IMG/VR virus record: IMGVR_UViG_3300042465_006787
DNA from: an uncultured virus (IMG/VR IMGVR_UViG_3300042465_006787)
Taxonomy: Duplodnaviria > Heunggongvirae > Uroviricota > Caudoviricetes
Reading direction: 5' to 3' (one strand)
DNA length: 64,000 nt
In this document: piece after piece, positions 1-7,977 of the stretch
Layout of the letters: each line of letters begins with the position of its first letter
Position numbering within the stretch: the first letter of the stretch is position 1
Made by a program: the position numbers and the translations under genes
Notes under the pieces: generated by a model
Databases searched by the model: none
What the model was told of the DNA's origin: nothing
Seen by the model: the letters and a program-made list of their open reading frames with translations, nothing else

Positions 1-691
1 TATAAAGATTATCATATTTCTGTTTAAAATTATCATCGTTCTCCATTACTGAATTAAAATGTTTACTTGAATTTATTTTTTCCATTTTAAAATCTCTATT
101 TAGTTTTTTTGACACCCAATTTTCTAAATCTCTCAAACTGTTAATATCAAACCAGATAATATTTGGGTCGTTATTTGTAAGTTCAACTACTGGCATAAAC
201 AATATATCTAACATATTTTTAGTGTAAGATTCTTCTTTTGAAATTTCTAACCTAGATAAAAAATTATCAATAACTTTAATTCTATTTTCCGAATTATAAA
301 TGTCATTTGGTTTAATATTAACAAACAGATCATTAGTTGTTAATTTTGAAAAGATGTCAGCAATATCAAGTTTGTTAATTCTGTGTAATTCGTCTATGAT
401 GTGTTTCCATAAAGATAAAAATCTATCGTACTTATTTCGTTTTATTGAAATAATTTGGTTGTTCGTCCCAAATTTTTCTTGTAACATATGTAATGGTTCG
501 TGCGCATGTACTAATCTATCCGCCAATTCTTCATTACCCATTTTTTCCCATTCATTGATTTTAATCAACTGATTATCATGGTTTGAGTTGAAATGCTCTA
601 TTGGTATTTTGTTTTTAACACACCTAATCATAAATGATGTTGATGCGCATCTTGGTAAACTTATAAAAATAAATTTTTTATCGACTAACAT
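1..691 (-). CDS. Sulfotransferase-like protein (runs off the left edge; not in ORF track)
   Basis: ATG at 691-689; MLVDKKFIFISLPRCASTSF resembles the 5'-PAPS-binding loop (hhh-PK/R-C/T-A/G-S-T-S); later SIKRNKYDRFLSLW resembles the R-x7-S 3'-PB motif; frame open to position 2. Confidence 0.6.
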   Translation of the reverse strand, partial: MLVDKKFIFISLPRCASTSFMIRCVKNKIPIEHFNSNHDNQLIKINEWEKMGNEELADRLVHAHEPLHMLQEKFGTNNQIISIKRNKYDRFLSLWKHIIDELHRINKLDIADIFSKLTTNDLFVNIKPNDIYNSENRIKVIDNFLSRLEISKEESYTKNMLDILFMPVVELTNNDPNIIWFDINSLRDLENWVSKKLNRDFKMEKINSSKHFNSVMENDDNFKQKYDNLY

Positions 692-1360
692 TTAAACTAA
701 TGAGGGTTTAATATATAATTTTTTATATAGAAATTCGCTAAATCTTTTATGACCATTAAAACTAAAATGATAATCTTTTATATTACCCTCAGTGTGTTGA
801 CCTATTGTTTCAATTTTACCGTCTAAAAAATCTAAAACATCCCATATTAATATTTTATCTGTTTTATTATTTAATTGTGCTTGTATAAATTCAAATCGTT
901 TATCTTGTCTTTCTTTAAATAATTTATTGTCGGAAAATAAAACACCATAATTTAATACCGTTTCAATTTCTAATTTATCTTCACAAAAATATCTTTCCAT
1001 TTTTAAATCAATAGAAAGTTGATAAAGTCCTTCAGCATAAATTGTTTGAAACCCATCACCCGTTGATTTAGGTATATCAAATCTTTGGTAAAATGTTTTT
1101 TCAATTATCACCACATCATTTGGTTCTATCATGTTAAAATTATCAATAATAGAATCTAAAATATAGTCATTACTTGCACCGCTTTTTCCTAGATTTTTTA
1201 CGTCATATCCTAAAGTTTTACCTAATAAATTAGGCCATATATCACTGCCTAGTTTTTTATATTCGTTATAATATCTAAAATCACCGTCTCTAATTCTTAG
1301 GTTTTCTACACACCCGTCTCCAGAAGTAAATGAATCCCCAAATGTCCAAATAGTTGCCAT
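692..1360 (-). CDS. SGNH/GDSL hydrolase or acyltransferase-like protein
   Basis: FGDSFT block I, NLGKSGASN block II, DYHFSFNGH block V. Confidence 0.7.
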   Translation of the reverse strand: MATIWTFGDSFTSGDGCVENLRIRDGDFRYYNEYKKLGSDIWPNLLGKTLGYDVKNLGKSGASNDYILDSIIDNFNMIEPNDVVIIEKTFYQRFDIPKSTGDGFQTIYAEGLYQLSIDLKMERYFCEDKLEIETVLNYGVLFSDNKLFKERQDKRFEFIQAQLNNKTDKILIWDVLDFLDGKIETIGQHTEGNIKDYHFSFNGHKRFSEFLYKKLYIKPSLV

Positions 1361-1361
1361 A

Positions 1362-2051
1362 TTAAATTAATTGATTTCTTTTTTCAAATATTTTTTCAAA
1401 TTTTTCCCAAACAAAAGATTTCAATTCATTATTTACTATTAATTTATTTGGTCTTTTTGTAGATACGTTTTTCTTTTCTATTATTAATTTTTCACCAAAC
1501 CTATTTTCAATGAAATTGACAAAATCGTCTAATTTTTTAATATCAAATTCATATGTGCATTTTACATTACTTTTCCAATAGCGTTCAGATATTAGAGTTA
1601 TTATTATTCCATAAATTTCTTTGGGTACGTTTATAATATCTTCGGTGTTCCTTTTTAATAATTTCAAAAAACATTCTTCATTAGAGGTATGATTTAATGA
1701 GTAAAGTTTATTTACAAATTCGCTATCAAATATCTCATAAATAACATTATTATTGATGTCCTCCCATTTACATACTGGTTCATATTCACTATATAATTCT
1801 ATATAATCCCAAATAAAATTTAATGAACTTAACCATTTTTCAAACCAATCTCTAGTGATACATATTGTTTCTTTTTTACCAAACTTAGTTAAGCACTCGT
1901 TTAGTGGTATATGCATATGGGTATGTTGTTCGAAGTGTTCGCTATATTTTTTTAAATTTAAACTTGAGTTTAATAATGCAGTTTCTATTGAGTCGCTAGC
2001 ACATTTAGGGGTGATCACCCATAAAAGGTCATCGTTTATTAAATAACCCAT
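1362..2051 (-). CDS. Sulfotransferase-like protein
   Basis: VITPKCASDS PAPS-loop-like motif; ITRDWFEKWLSS 3'-PB-like motif; paralogous pattern to the 1-691 ORF. Confidence 0.55.
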   Translation of the reverse strand: MGYLINDDLLWVITPKCASDSIETALLNSSLNLKKYSEHFEQHTHMHIPLNECLTKFGKKETICITRDWFEKWLSSLNFIWDYIELYSEYEPVCKWEDINNNVIYEIFDSEFVNKLYSLNHTSNEECFLKLLKRNTEDIINVPKEIYGIIITLISERYWKSNVKCTYEFDIKKLDDFVNFIENRFGEKLIIEKKNVSTKRPNKLIVNNELKSFVWEKFEKIFEKRNQLI

Positions 2052-2053
2052 AA

Positions 2054-2371
2054 CTAAAGAAATGTTTTTTTAGTTTTATATTTAATCGTGTCACTATGTT
2101 TACTCATAAATTCCATTTCAACTTCTTTCCATTTATCAAGTGGACAAGATTTGTCTTTAGTAAGATATGTTGTTTCAGTGTAAACTTTTGCGCCTAAAGG
2201 GCAACCACATTCTTTACATTTAAAAAGCCATTTCTTGTATTTTAAAATTTCTATTTTAGAGGGGCATTCTAAACATATTGCGAATCTTTTATCTGCTAAT
2301 TCCTTTTGTTCTGGTGTGTGATTTATAACATTATACCACGCATTTAATATTTCTTTAAAATTTATTTTCAT
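2054..2371 (-). CDS. Small Cys-rich putative metal-binding protein
   Basis: CLECP...CKECGCPLGAK...SCPLDKW. Confidence 0.6.
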   Translation of the reverse strand: MKINFKEILNAWYNVINHTPEQKELADKRFAICLECPSKIEILKYKKWLFKCKECGCPLGAKVYTETTYLTKDKSCPLDKWKEVEMEFMSKHSDTIKYKTKKTFL

Positions 2372-2372
2372 A

Positions 2373-2957
2373 CTATAAAAGTGTTTTTTTATAATCTTTT
2401 TTTTGTTTTAATTTCACCCAATTAACTAGTGTATATCTAATCCCACTTTTTACTGGCACTACTCTATGTTCAATATTTGATAAAAATAATATCAAATTTC
2501 CTGTACCCTTTTCAACTGTTAGGGTCCCATTCTGATCATCTTTTATTTGTAAATCACCCTCTCCATACTCATCATTTAGTTGTATCACTAATGAACAATA
2601 CCTGTCATAATCCGTTATTTTTTTTCCATGAGCATCTCTATGCCAGCCAAAATGTCCGCCTGGATGATACTCAGTAAACTGAAATTGACTTTCTTTAAAA
2701 TCTAAATCGAACCCTTTAACAAAAATATGTTGATTTAATAATTTACTCATTTTTTCTAATAAAAATGGAAATTTTTTATAATAGGGGTAAAATACTTGAT
2801 TTGATTTTCTAATATCGGTATTAACGTCGCCACCATCGGTGTAATTGGTAAGAATTTCCGATGGTACTAATTTTAATTCTTTTAATGAAAAATCTAATAT
2901 TAAATCACATTCTTCTTTTGTTAAAAAGGTTGACTCTATTGTATATGTAAATGGCAT
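2373..2957 (-). CDS. 2OG-Fe(II) oxygenase (PKHD/prolyl-hydroxylase-like)
   Basis: YHPGGHFGWHRD (HxD), EHRVVPVKSGIRYTLVNW (H...R). Confidence 0.85.
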   Translation of the reverse strand: MPFTYTIESTFLTKEECDLILDFSLKELKLVPSEILTNYTDGGDVNTDIRKSNQVFYPYYKKFPFLLEKMSKLLNQHIFVKGFDLDFKESQFQFTEYHPGGHFGWHRDAHGKKITDYDRYCSLVIQLNDEYGEGDLQIKDDQNGTLTVEKGTGNLILFLSNIEHRVVPVKSGIRYTLVNWVKLKQKKDYKKTLL

Positions 2958-2968
2958 AATTTATTTTT

Positions 2969-3502
2969 TTATAATAATGATTTTGTTTTTTTTGCGACGT
3001 AATCAGAAGGTTTCCAATGTAAAAAAAATTGGACAACTCTTTCTTTCTCCAGACATATTAAGGGTTCCCTCCAATGTGTGATTTTATCCGCATCAAATAA
3101 TAAAATACCGTCACCAATATTTGTGTTGAAACAATATTCCTTATTTCCGATTTCCGCACATAACGGCCATTCTTTATTTATTGTGGATTCTAAACATATA
3201 GACATAGTAACACTAATGTCTTTTCTATCTAAATGTTTTTTTAACATTGAGGTGTTCATATATTCCCTAACAAATGTGTTTACATTGAATAAATCATCAA
3301 AATTATTGTTATATTCTAACACTTTTGATTTTAATTTATTTAAATAGGTATTAAACGCAAATGAAGGGGCAAACCCATATGATATATTGGTGCCAGTATA
3401 TTCATTATCCACCGAGATTTGATATTTTCTTTCGAAATCAAATTGATTCGTTAAGTATTCACACTCATCCTTAGTAAGAATATTTGGTATGAAATGTATC
3501 AT
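2969..3502 (-). CDS. 2OG-Fe(II) oxygenase-like protein
   Basis: LKKHLDR (HxD), GDGILL...THWREPL...QFFLHW. Confidence 0.7.
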   Translation of the reverse strand: MIHFIPNILTKDECEYLTNQFDFERKYQISVDNEYTGTNISYGFAPSFAFNTYLNKLKSKVLEYNNNFDDLFNVNTFVREYMNTSMLKKHLDRKDISVTMSICLESTINKEWPLCAEIGNKEYCFNTNIGDGILLFDADKITHWREPLICLEKERVVQFFLHWKPSDYVAKKTKSLL

Positions 3503-3525
3503 AAAATAACTTATTAGATTTTATA

Positions 3526-3615
3526 CTAACTGTTTGCTGTTACAATTAAACTACCTATTGTTGTAATTGTGGTGTTTAAAGTATTGATGTCTGTATTTGA
3601 TATAATTGTTGCCAT
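3526..3615 (-). CDS. 29-aa Thr/Ser/Asn/Ile-rich peptide MATIISNTDINTLNTTITTIGSLIVTANS (not in ORF track)
   Basis: ATG 3615-3613 preceded by an A-rich leader, TAG 3528-3526; fills the gap between co-oriented genes. Confidence 0.55.
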   Translation of the reverse strand: MATIISNTDINTLNTTITTIGSLIVTANS

Positions 3616-3644
3616 TTTTTATTTAAATTTATTTAAGAAGGTTA

Positions 3645-5132
3645 TTAACATACTGGAAAACAGTAATTAGATTGACAAGACATATACTTCGGACATGATG
3701 GACAGACGGACCAGCAAACGTTTGTACATGTCCAATTGGGACAAGATATAAGGTTATGTTCAATTGAAACATATGATTCGTTATTGGTTGACCCGGCTGT
3801 TTTAGTTAAAAATAACATAGCGGTATCAACTGAAATAAACCAACCAGAGAACACTCTCTTAACTTGAATATTTGATGTAACTGTTTTTCTTACAAAATTT
3901 ATATTATCATCAGTAGTATCTAATAATATAACCACATCTCCTGGAAATATCCCCCATAATGATTTAAACATAACCACACCTTCTCTGTCTATCAAATACT
4001 TTGAGCCCATAGTATCTTCCCAGGTACTAGCATCTTCAAATGTTAATTCATTTATAAAAGTTAAGGTGTTTACTTTTTGTTTTTTGGTTACGACATTAGT
4101 TGTATATATTGCATCACTTACCAACGTATCGTACGTAAGCCCAAATTCGGAGGATACGTAACTATCTATACTAGTTCCCTTTTCATTTGGTATTTCAATT
4201 GTTTTAATAACGTCCCCAATTTGTAAATCCAATGCAGTTTTTAATGTCCCATCTGCCATTTCTACCATATCAGTATTCAATAATTTAGGTTGAAAACCGG
4301 TAGGTGGGTTTGTACTATAACTCTCTTTGAAATCTGAATATACTTCAAATGTGATTGAATCATATGTCACATTATCTAGTAACATATTTTGATTCAATTT
4401 TGTATATTGGCCAATTTGAATTGATTCTAAATTTGGTGGGACTAAAATGTTTAAACTTCTTATAACCGTTAAATGCCCTTCCCATAGTTTATTGACGTTA
4501 CATAGGTACTCCATTAAAAAATACTCACTTGTAACATTATTTGCTATTATAGTGTCTAATTCAGATTGAGTTGTAACTTTAAAAAATTTTGGATAAATTA
4601 ACTTGTCATAACCTGGAAATCTAGATTTTAAAATAAAATTAGGGTGTTCGCCGTTATCATTTATAGATGTGATATTTGACACCAATGTGTTATTTTCGTC
4701 AATGTACGCAAATTGGGAGCCAAAAGAAGAATCTTTAATTAGATTCATGAACTCTATTTTATCCTTACAATATGTGTCATCCACTAGTGCTGTTGTGTCA
4801 TATGCACTCCTAATAATTAAAGTCGTTTCAGTATCTTCTATGTATGGAACTGTAATGGAAGTAGCTCCAACCCCATGAAATTCATATGTAACAGAACTTC
4901 CGCTATAATGTGTCATTAATGTCACGTGTAATGGACCAATATCACCAACATAATGTATCGTTTGGAAATTATTATCCTCAACAAATTGATATAAACTTGT
5001 TAAATCCAAACAATCTGCATCGTCTTCCACTTTTTCGGGACCATCCCAACCAACCGCAGTGTTTATTTCGATGGGTCTTAAATTACCATCCTTATCGTAC
5101 ATAAAATCTGATCCTATCAATACTGTTCTCAT
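3645..5132 (-). CDS. Circularly permuted ATP-grasp ligase-like domain + Hint domain + C-terminal 35-aa 8-Cys peptide
   Basis: N-terminal GSDFMYDKDGNLRPIEINT (D...ExN), then DK..F, FILK, YFLMEY; Hint-like VEMADGTLKTALDLQIGDVI ... SIEHN; tail LISCPNWTCTNVCWSVCPSCPKYMSCQSNYCFPVC. Confidence 0.7.
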   Translation of the reverse strand: MRTVLIGSDFMYDKDGNLRPIEINTAVGWDGPEKVEDDADCLDLTSLYQFVEDNNFQTIHYVGDIGPLHVTLMTHYSGSSVTYEFHGVGATSITVPYIEDTETTLIIRSAYDTTALVDDTYCKDKIEFMNLIKDSSFGSQFAYIDENNTLVSNITSINDNGEHPNFILKSRFPGYDKLIYPKFFKVTTQSELDTIIANNVTSEYFLMEYLCNVNKLWEGHLTVIRSLNILVPPNLESIQIGQYTKLNQNMLLDNVTYDSITFEVYSDFKESYSTNPPTGFQPKLLNTDMVEMADGTLKTALDLQIGDVIKTIEIPNEKGTSIDSYVSSEFGLTYDTLVSDAIYTTNVVTKKQKVNTLTFINELTFEDASTWEDTMGSKYLIDREGVVMFKSLWGIFPGDVVILLDTTDDNINFVRKTVTSNIQVKRVFSGWFISVDTAMLFLTKTAGSTNNESYVSIEHNLISCPNWTCTNVCWSVCPSCPKYMSCQSNYCFPVC

Positions 5133-5148
5133 ATTTTCTAATTTATAT

Positions 5149-5155
5149 ATAAATA
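5149..5155 (-). promoter_or_regulatory. TATTTAT putative phage (late-type) promoter element upstream of the ATP-grasp/Hint operon
   Basis: GTATTTATATA on the minus strand, 16 nt before the ATG; the same motif lies before many other genes. Confidence 0.55.
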
Positions 5156-5156
5156 C

Positions 5157-5372
5157 TTATTTTTTATCTTTTACCCCGAACTTTATCCATCTATACCAAA
5201 TCCTTTCGTGTAGGTAATATTGAATAGGTTTGTACACCAATTCAGCCACACCAAAGGTCGCGCCAATCTTAATTGATCCACTAACCCACCACATTATAAG
5301 GAAACCTATTATAGTGCTTATAATGCGATAGGATATTGTTTTCGCAATATGTCGTTTACGTTCTACAATCAT
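5157..5372 (-). CDS. DUF2061-like small membrane protein
   Basis: RHIAKTISYRII...YYLHERIW pattern. Confidence 0.75.
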   Translation of the reverse strand: MIVERKRHIAKTISYRIISTIIGFLIMWWVSGSIKIGATFGVAELVYKPIQYYLHERIWYRWIKFGVKDKK

Positions 5373-5752
5373 TATCCTTTTGTTTGGTCATATTTTATTG
5401 AACCATCAGCGGTCATATGTCCAGTTCTAATCGCAGTTCCACTTATTACCGCAACATCCGCCGGTGGCTCATGATAAATTACATCGTAACCAACACCTCT
5501 ACCGTAATTAACCGATTCGATATCTGGGATAATTGATAGTAAAATCTTATCAAAATTCTCGTTAAAAAAGGGCTCCTGGATTAACATTTGAAAAACCTCT
5601 TGAGCTGTTTTAGGGTTGTTCTCGTCAACTTCAACATCCCTAATAGCTACCCATATGTTCTTACCTTGGTCCATTTGTTGACGGATCAACCATTCGTGAC
5701 CTTTATGCCAATTTTGCCACCTACCGATGTACATTGCATATTTCTTACTCAT
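5372..5752 (-). CDS. HxGH nucleotidyltransferase (cytidyltransferase-like; candidate minimal ATP sulfurylase)
   Basis: GRWQNWHKGH and C-terminal ISGTAIR; close to APS kinase. Confidence 0.7.
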   Translation of the reverse strand: MSKKYAMYIGRWQNWHKGHEWLIRQQMDQGKNIWVAIRDVEVDENNPKTAQEVFQMLIQEPFFNENFDKILLSIIPDIESVNYGRGVGYDVIYHEPPADVAVISGTAIRTGHMTADGSIKYDQTKG

Positions 5753-6264
5753 ATATTGTTATTTTTTAATTTACAAAAAAACGTGAAAGTTAATCTACCA
5801 TTATTAATATCGTTACCAAAAGATTCTTTTAAAGAGTGTAACTCATTCGCTGGATAAATTACTAATCTATTATAAACGTTTTCCAAGTAACCGGTTTCTT
5901 CACCTAAATCATTATAAAAAGACGTACCTGAATTTTTTTGTGGGTTTGGTGCTAGGTATAAAACCCCAGCATAATCAAAACCATAATCACGATGTGTGTT
6001 TTTTTTACCTACATTATGTTCTTCCAATGTATAATGAAAAAAACACCTCATATCACAATTATCAAATTTTATATTAGTTTCAACTAACTTTTCTTTAATC
6101 TTTTCATGTAAATCAAGTGTCAACATGTTTCCATTTAAACACCTAAACCCTTTCCAACCTTCACTTTCAGGTAATGATTTAGTATAATCTAATAACAACG
6201 CTTCCTCTCTTATTTCATCAACATTGTCTAAAAAATTGTCAATGATAATACCATTTGTCATCAT
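5749..6264 (-). CDS. 2OG-Fe(II) oxygenase-like protein (DUF6445-like)
   Basis: IIDNFL, HRD..DYAGVLYL, GTSFY, NVYNRLVIY..LHS, GRLTFTFF. Confidence 0.7.
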   Translation of the reverse strand: MMTNGIIIDNFLDNVDEIREEALLLDYTKSLPESEGWKGFRCLNGNMLTLDLHEKIKEKLVETNIKFDNCDMRCFFHYTLEEHNVGKKNTHRDYGFDYAGVLYLAPNPQKNSGTSFYNDLGEETGYLENVYNRLVIYPANELHSLKESFGNDINNGRLTFTFFCKLKNNNI

Positions 6265-6695
6265 AATGATAATTTTTTTAATAGTTCAAAATACGAATCT
6301 GTTTCGTTTTTTATTGTTGTATCTATGTCTATAAAATTTTCTAATGGTGGTTCATATTCCTCAACATGGAATTGGTTTCTACCTCTATCTTCTGTGGTAT
6401 GTACATAAATCTCGACAACCGATGTACTAAATTTAAATTCTTCTCTTTGGTCTCTATATGGTGAAACTAAGGACACAATAACATTATGTCCCTTACTATG
6501 CATAAATTGTGCAATGTATTGTGCTCTTTGGATGTTTAATCTTCTACCTGTTATGGAATAGTCCTTGTTTTTAAAGATGTCCCTTAAGTCATCCCCATCG
6601 ATGTGAGTAACCTCATCTTTCGGAAAGTATTCCACTAAGTATTTTGCTAAGGTTGTTTTTCCTGCGCCGGGTTGGCCTGTTAACCAGTATATCAT
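6261..6695 (-). CDS. cysC: Adenylyl-sulfate (APS) kinase
   Basis: MIYWLTGQPGAGKTT P-loop, DGDDLR, DYS..GRRLNI, SLVSPY, YEPP; start moved to ATG 6695. Confidence 0.9.
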   Translation of the reverse strand: MIYWLTGQPGAGKTTLAKYLVEYFPKDEVTHIDGDDLRDIFKNKDYSITGRRLNIQRAQYIAQFMHSKGHNVIVSLVSPYRDQREEFKFSTSVVEIYVHTTEDRGRNQFHVEEYEPPLENFIDIDTTIKNETDSYFELLKKLSL

Positions 6696-6699
6696 ATTA

Positions 6700-6707
6700 C
6701 TAATATA
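6700..6707 (-). promoter_or_regulatory. TATATTAG Bacteroidota -7-like promoter element, with TTGAC upstream
   Basis: TTTTGACTTTTTTTAGTTATATTAGTAATATG on the minus strand, 4 nt before the cysC ATG. Confidence 0.5.
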
Positions 6708-6727
6708 ACTAAAAAAAGTCAAAAAAC

Positions 6728-7849
6728 CTATAGAAGATGGTTGAAATTATGATTAACAAACGGTTGGTTGTGTATCTTTTTTAATTCAGACATAAAATCT
6801 TGATATTCAGGGTGTTCTGTGTTAAAGACCTGTAATTCTTCTAACGTTTCTTTTGAAAATGTGCCCCAGTCAACCAATTGTCTGTAGTTGATTGATAGTC
6901 CCCATTTAAAATTTGAATTTTTAAATATGTCAGTTATCAATTCATAGAACGTATACATTTCTTTATAATTGTGTTTACTAACCACCATTGATAACACAAA
7001 TTCCTCAATAATGTGATTCTGGGTACTTAAAAAACGTAGATTTTCCATTAACACATCCCATTTACCATTTAACCTTGTTTTGTTCTCATATGTGTCTTTA
7101 GTTCCGGCGTCAATACTAATCTCAATGATTTTAATGTGTGGAGTTGCTTTCATTGAGTTCCACATTTTTTCATTTAATAGGTTACCATTGGTTATAATCT
7201 GTAACGCTTCTAACTTGGGATACTTACTACTGTCAAAATTTATTAAGTAATCGCGATAGATTTTAGAATAGAACGGATCACCACTACCGGTTATCATTAT
7301 TCTTTTTAAATTACTAGCAAAATTCTTCTCGATTGAGTTTAGTAGATGTAATTTATTTTTATAATCCTCAGATTCGACATTGTCATTTGGTATTAAGTTT
7401 ACCCTACAGCTCGGACATTTAAGATTGCAACTTCTATCAAACCCAAACAATATTTCTTCTGGTGGCGTGTCAAACTTTTTTAAATCGTCCTCATTATATA
7501 TGTTAAAGGTTTTTTGAAATTCTTCCTTCTTCATAAACATATATGGCGTGGTCTCACTACCATTGATTAATTGATTTAATCTTGGACATACTACATGATT
7601 GCAATGTCTGTATGAACCATCAACCATTGATTTTCTAATGTCATGTGCTGGCGTTGATGTCCAGTTCCTCATTACGTCTGCGCTAGTGTCAAAGTAAGAT
7701 GCCCAATCTTCTTCTTCGCCATTCTCATCTACTCTTAAACTTTTAAAGCACCAAGATGGGCAACAAACGAATTGTGATGCTTGCTGAACGTCGGTGGATA
7801 AGAATGGCATTAAGCAAACGTAATCTTTTAATATTTCCTTGTTTTCCAA
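6728..7849 (-). CDS. Radical SAM protein with N-terminal SPASM/twitch-like Cys domain
   Basis: CNLKCPSC, GSGDPF, ITNG, SIDAG; N-terminal CLMPF...CC...CNHVVC. Confidence 0.85.
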   Translation of the reverse strand: MENKEILKDYVCLMPFLSTDVQQASQFVCCPSWCFKSLRVDENGEEEDWASYFDTSADVMRNWTSTPAHDIRKSMVDGSYRHCNHVVCPRLNQLINGSETTPYMFMKKEEFQKTFNIYNEDDLKKFDTPPEEILFGFDRSCNLKCPSCRVNLIPNDNVESEDYKNKLHLLNSIEKNFASNLKRIMITGSGDPFYSKIYRDYLINFDSSKYPKLEALQIITNGNLLNEKMWNSMKATPHIKIIEISIDAGTKDTYENKTRLNGKWDVLMENLRFLSTQNHIIEEFVLSMVVSKHNYKEMYTFYELITDIFKNSNFKWGLSINYRQLVDWGTFSKETLEELQVFNTEHPEYQDFMSELKKIHNQPFVNHNFNHLL

Positions 7850-7860
7850 TTGTAATGTTT

Positions 7861-7977
7861 TTAGTGTTTATAAATGAATGGGTCTCTCTTCTTTAACTCA
7901 GCAATTTTCTTTTTAAGTTTACGATCTCTTTTGATTCTTTCAATCTTATCTAAGAACCATTTAATTAATTTTTTCAT
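7861..7977 (-). CDS. 38-aa basic peptide ending RDPFIYKH (not in ORF track)
   Basis: ATG overlaps the carbamoyltransferase TGA (ATGA); MKKLIKWFLDKIERIKRDRKLKRKIAELKKRDPFIYKH. Confidence 0.7.
   Translation of the reverse strand: MKKLIKWFLDKIERIKRDRKLKKKIAELKKRDPFIYKH

Noticed and set aside
3753..4286. Canonical splicing intein in the 495-aa protein
   Set aside because: No N-terminal Cys/Ser, no block-B His, +1 residue is Leu, and no homing endonuclease; treated as a cleavage-only Hint instead.
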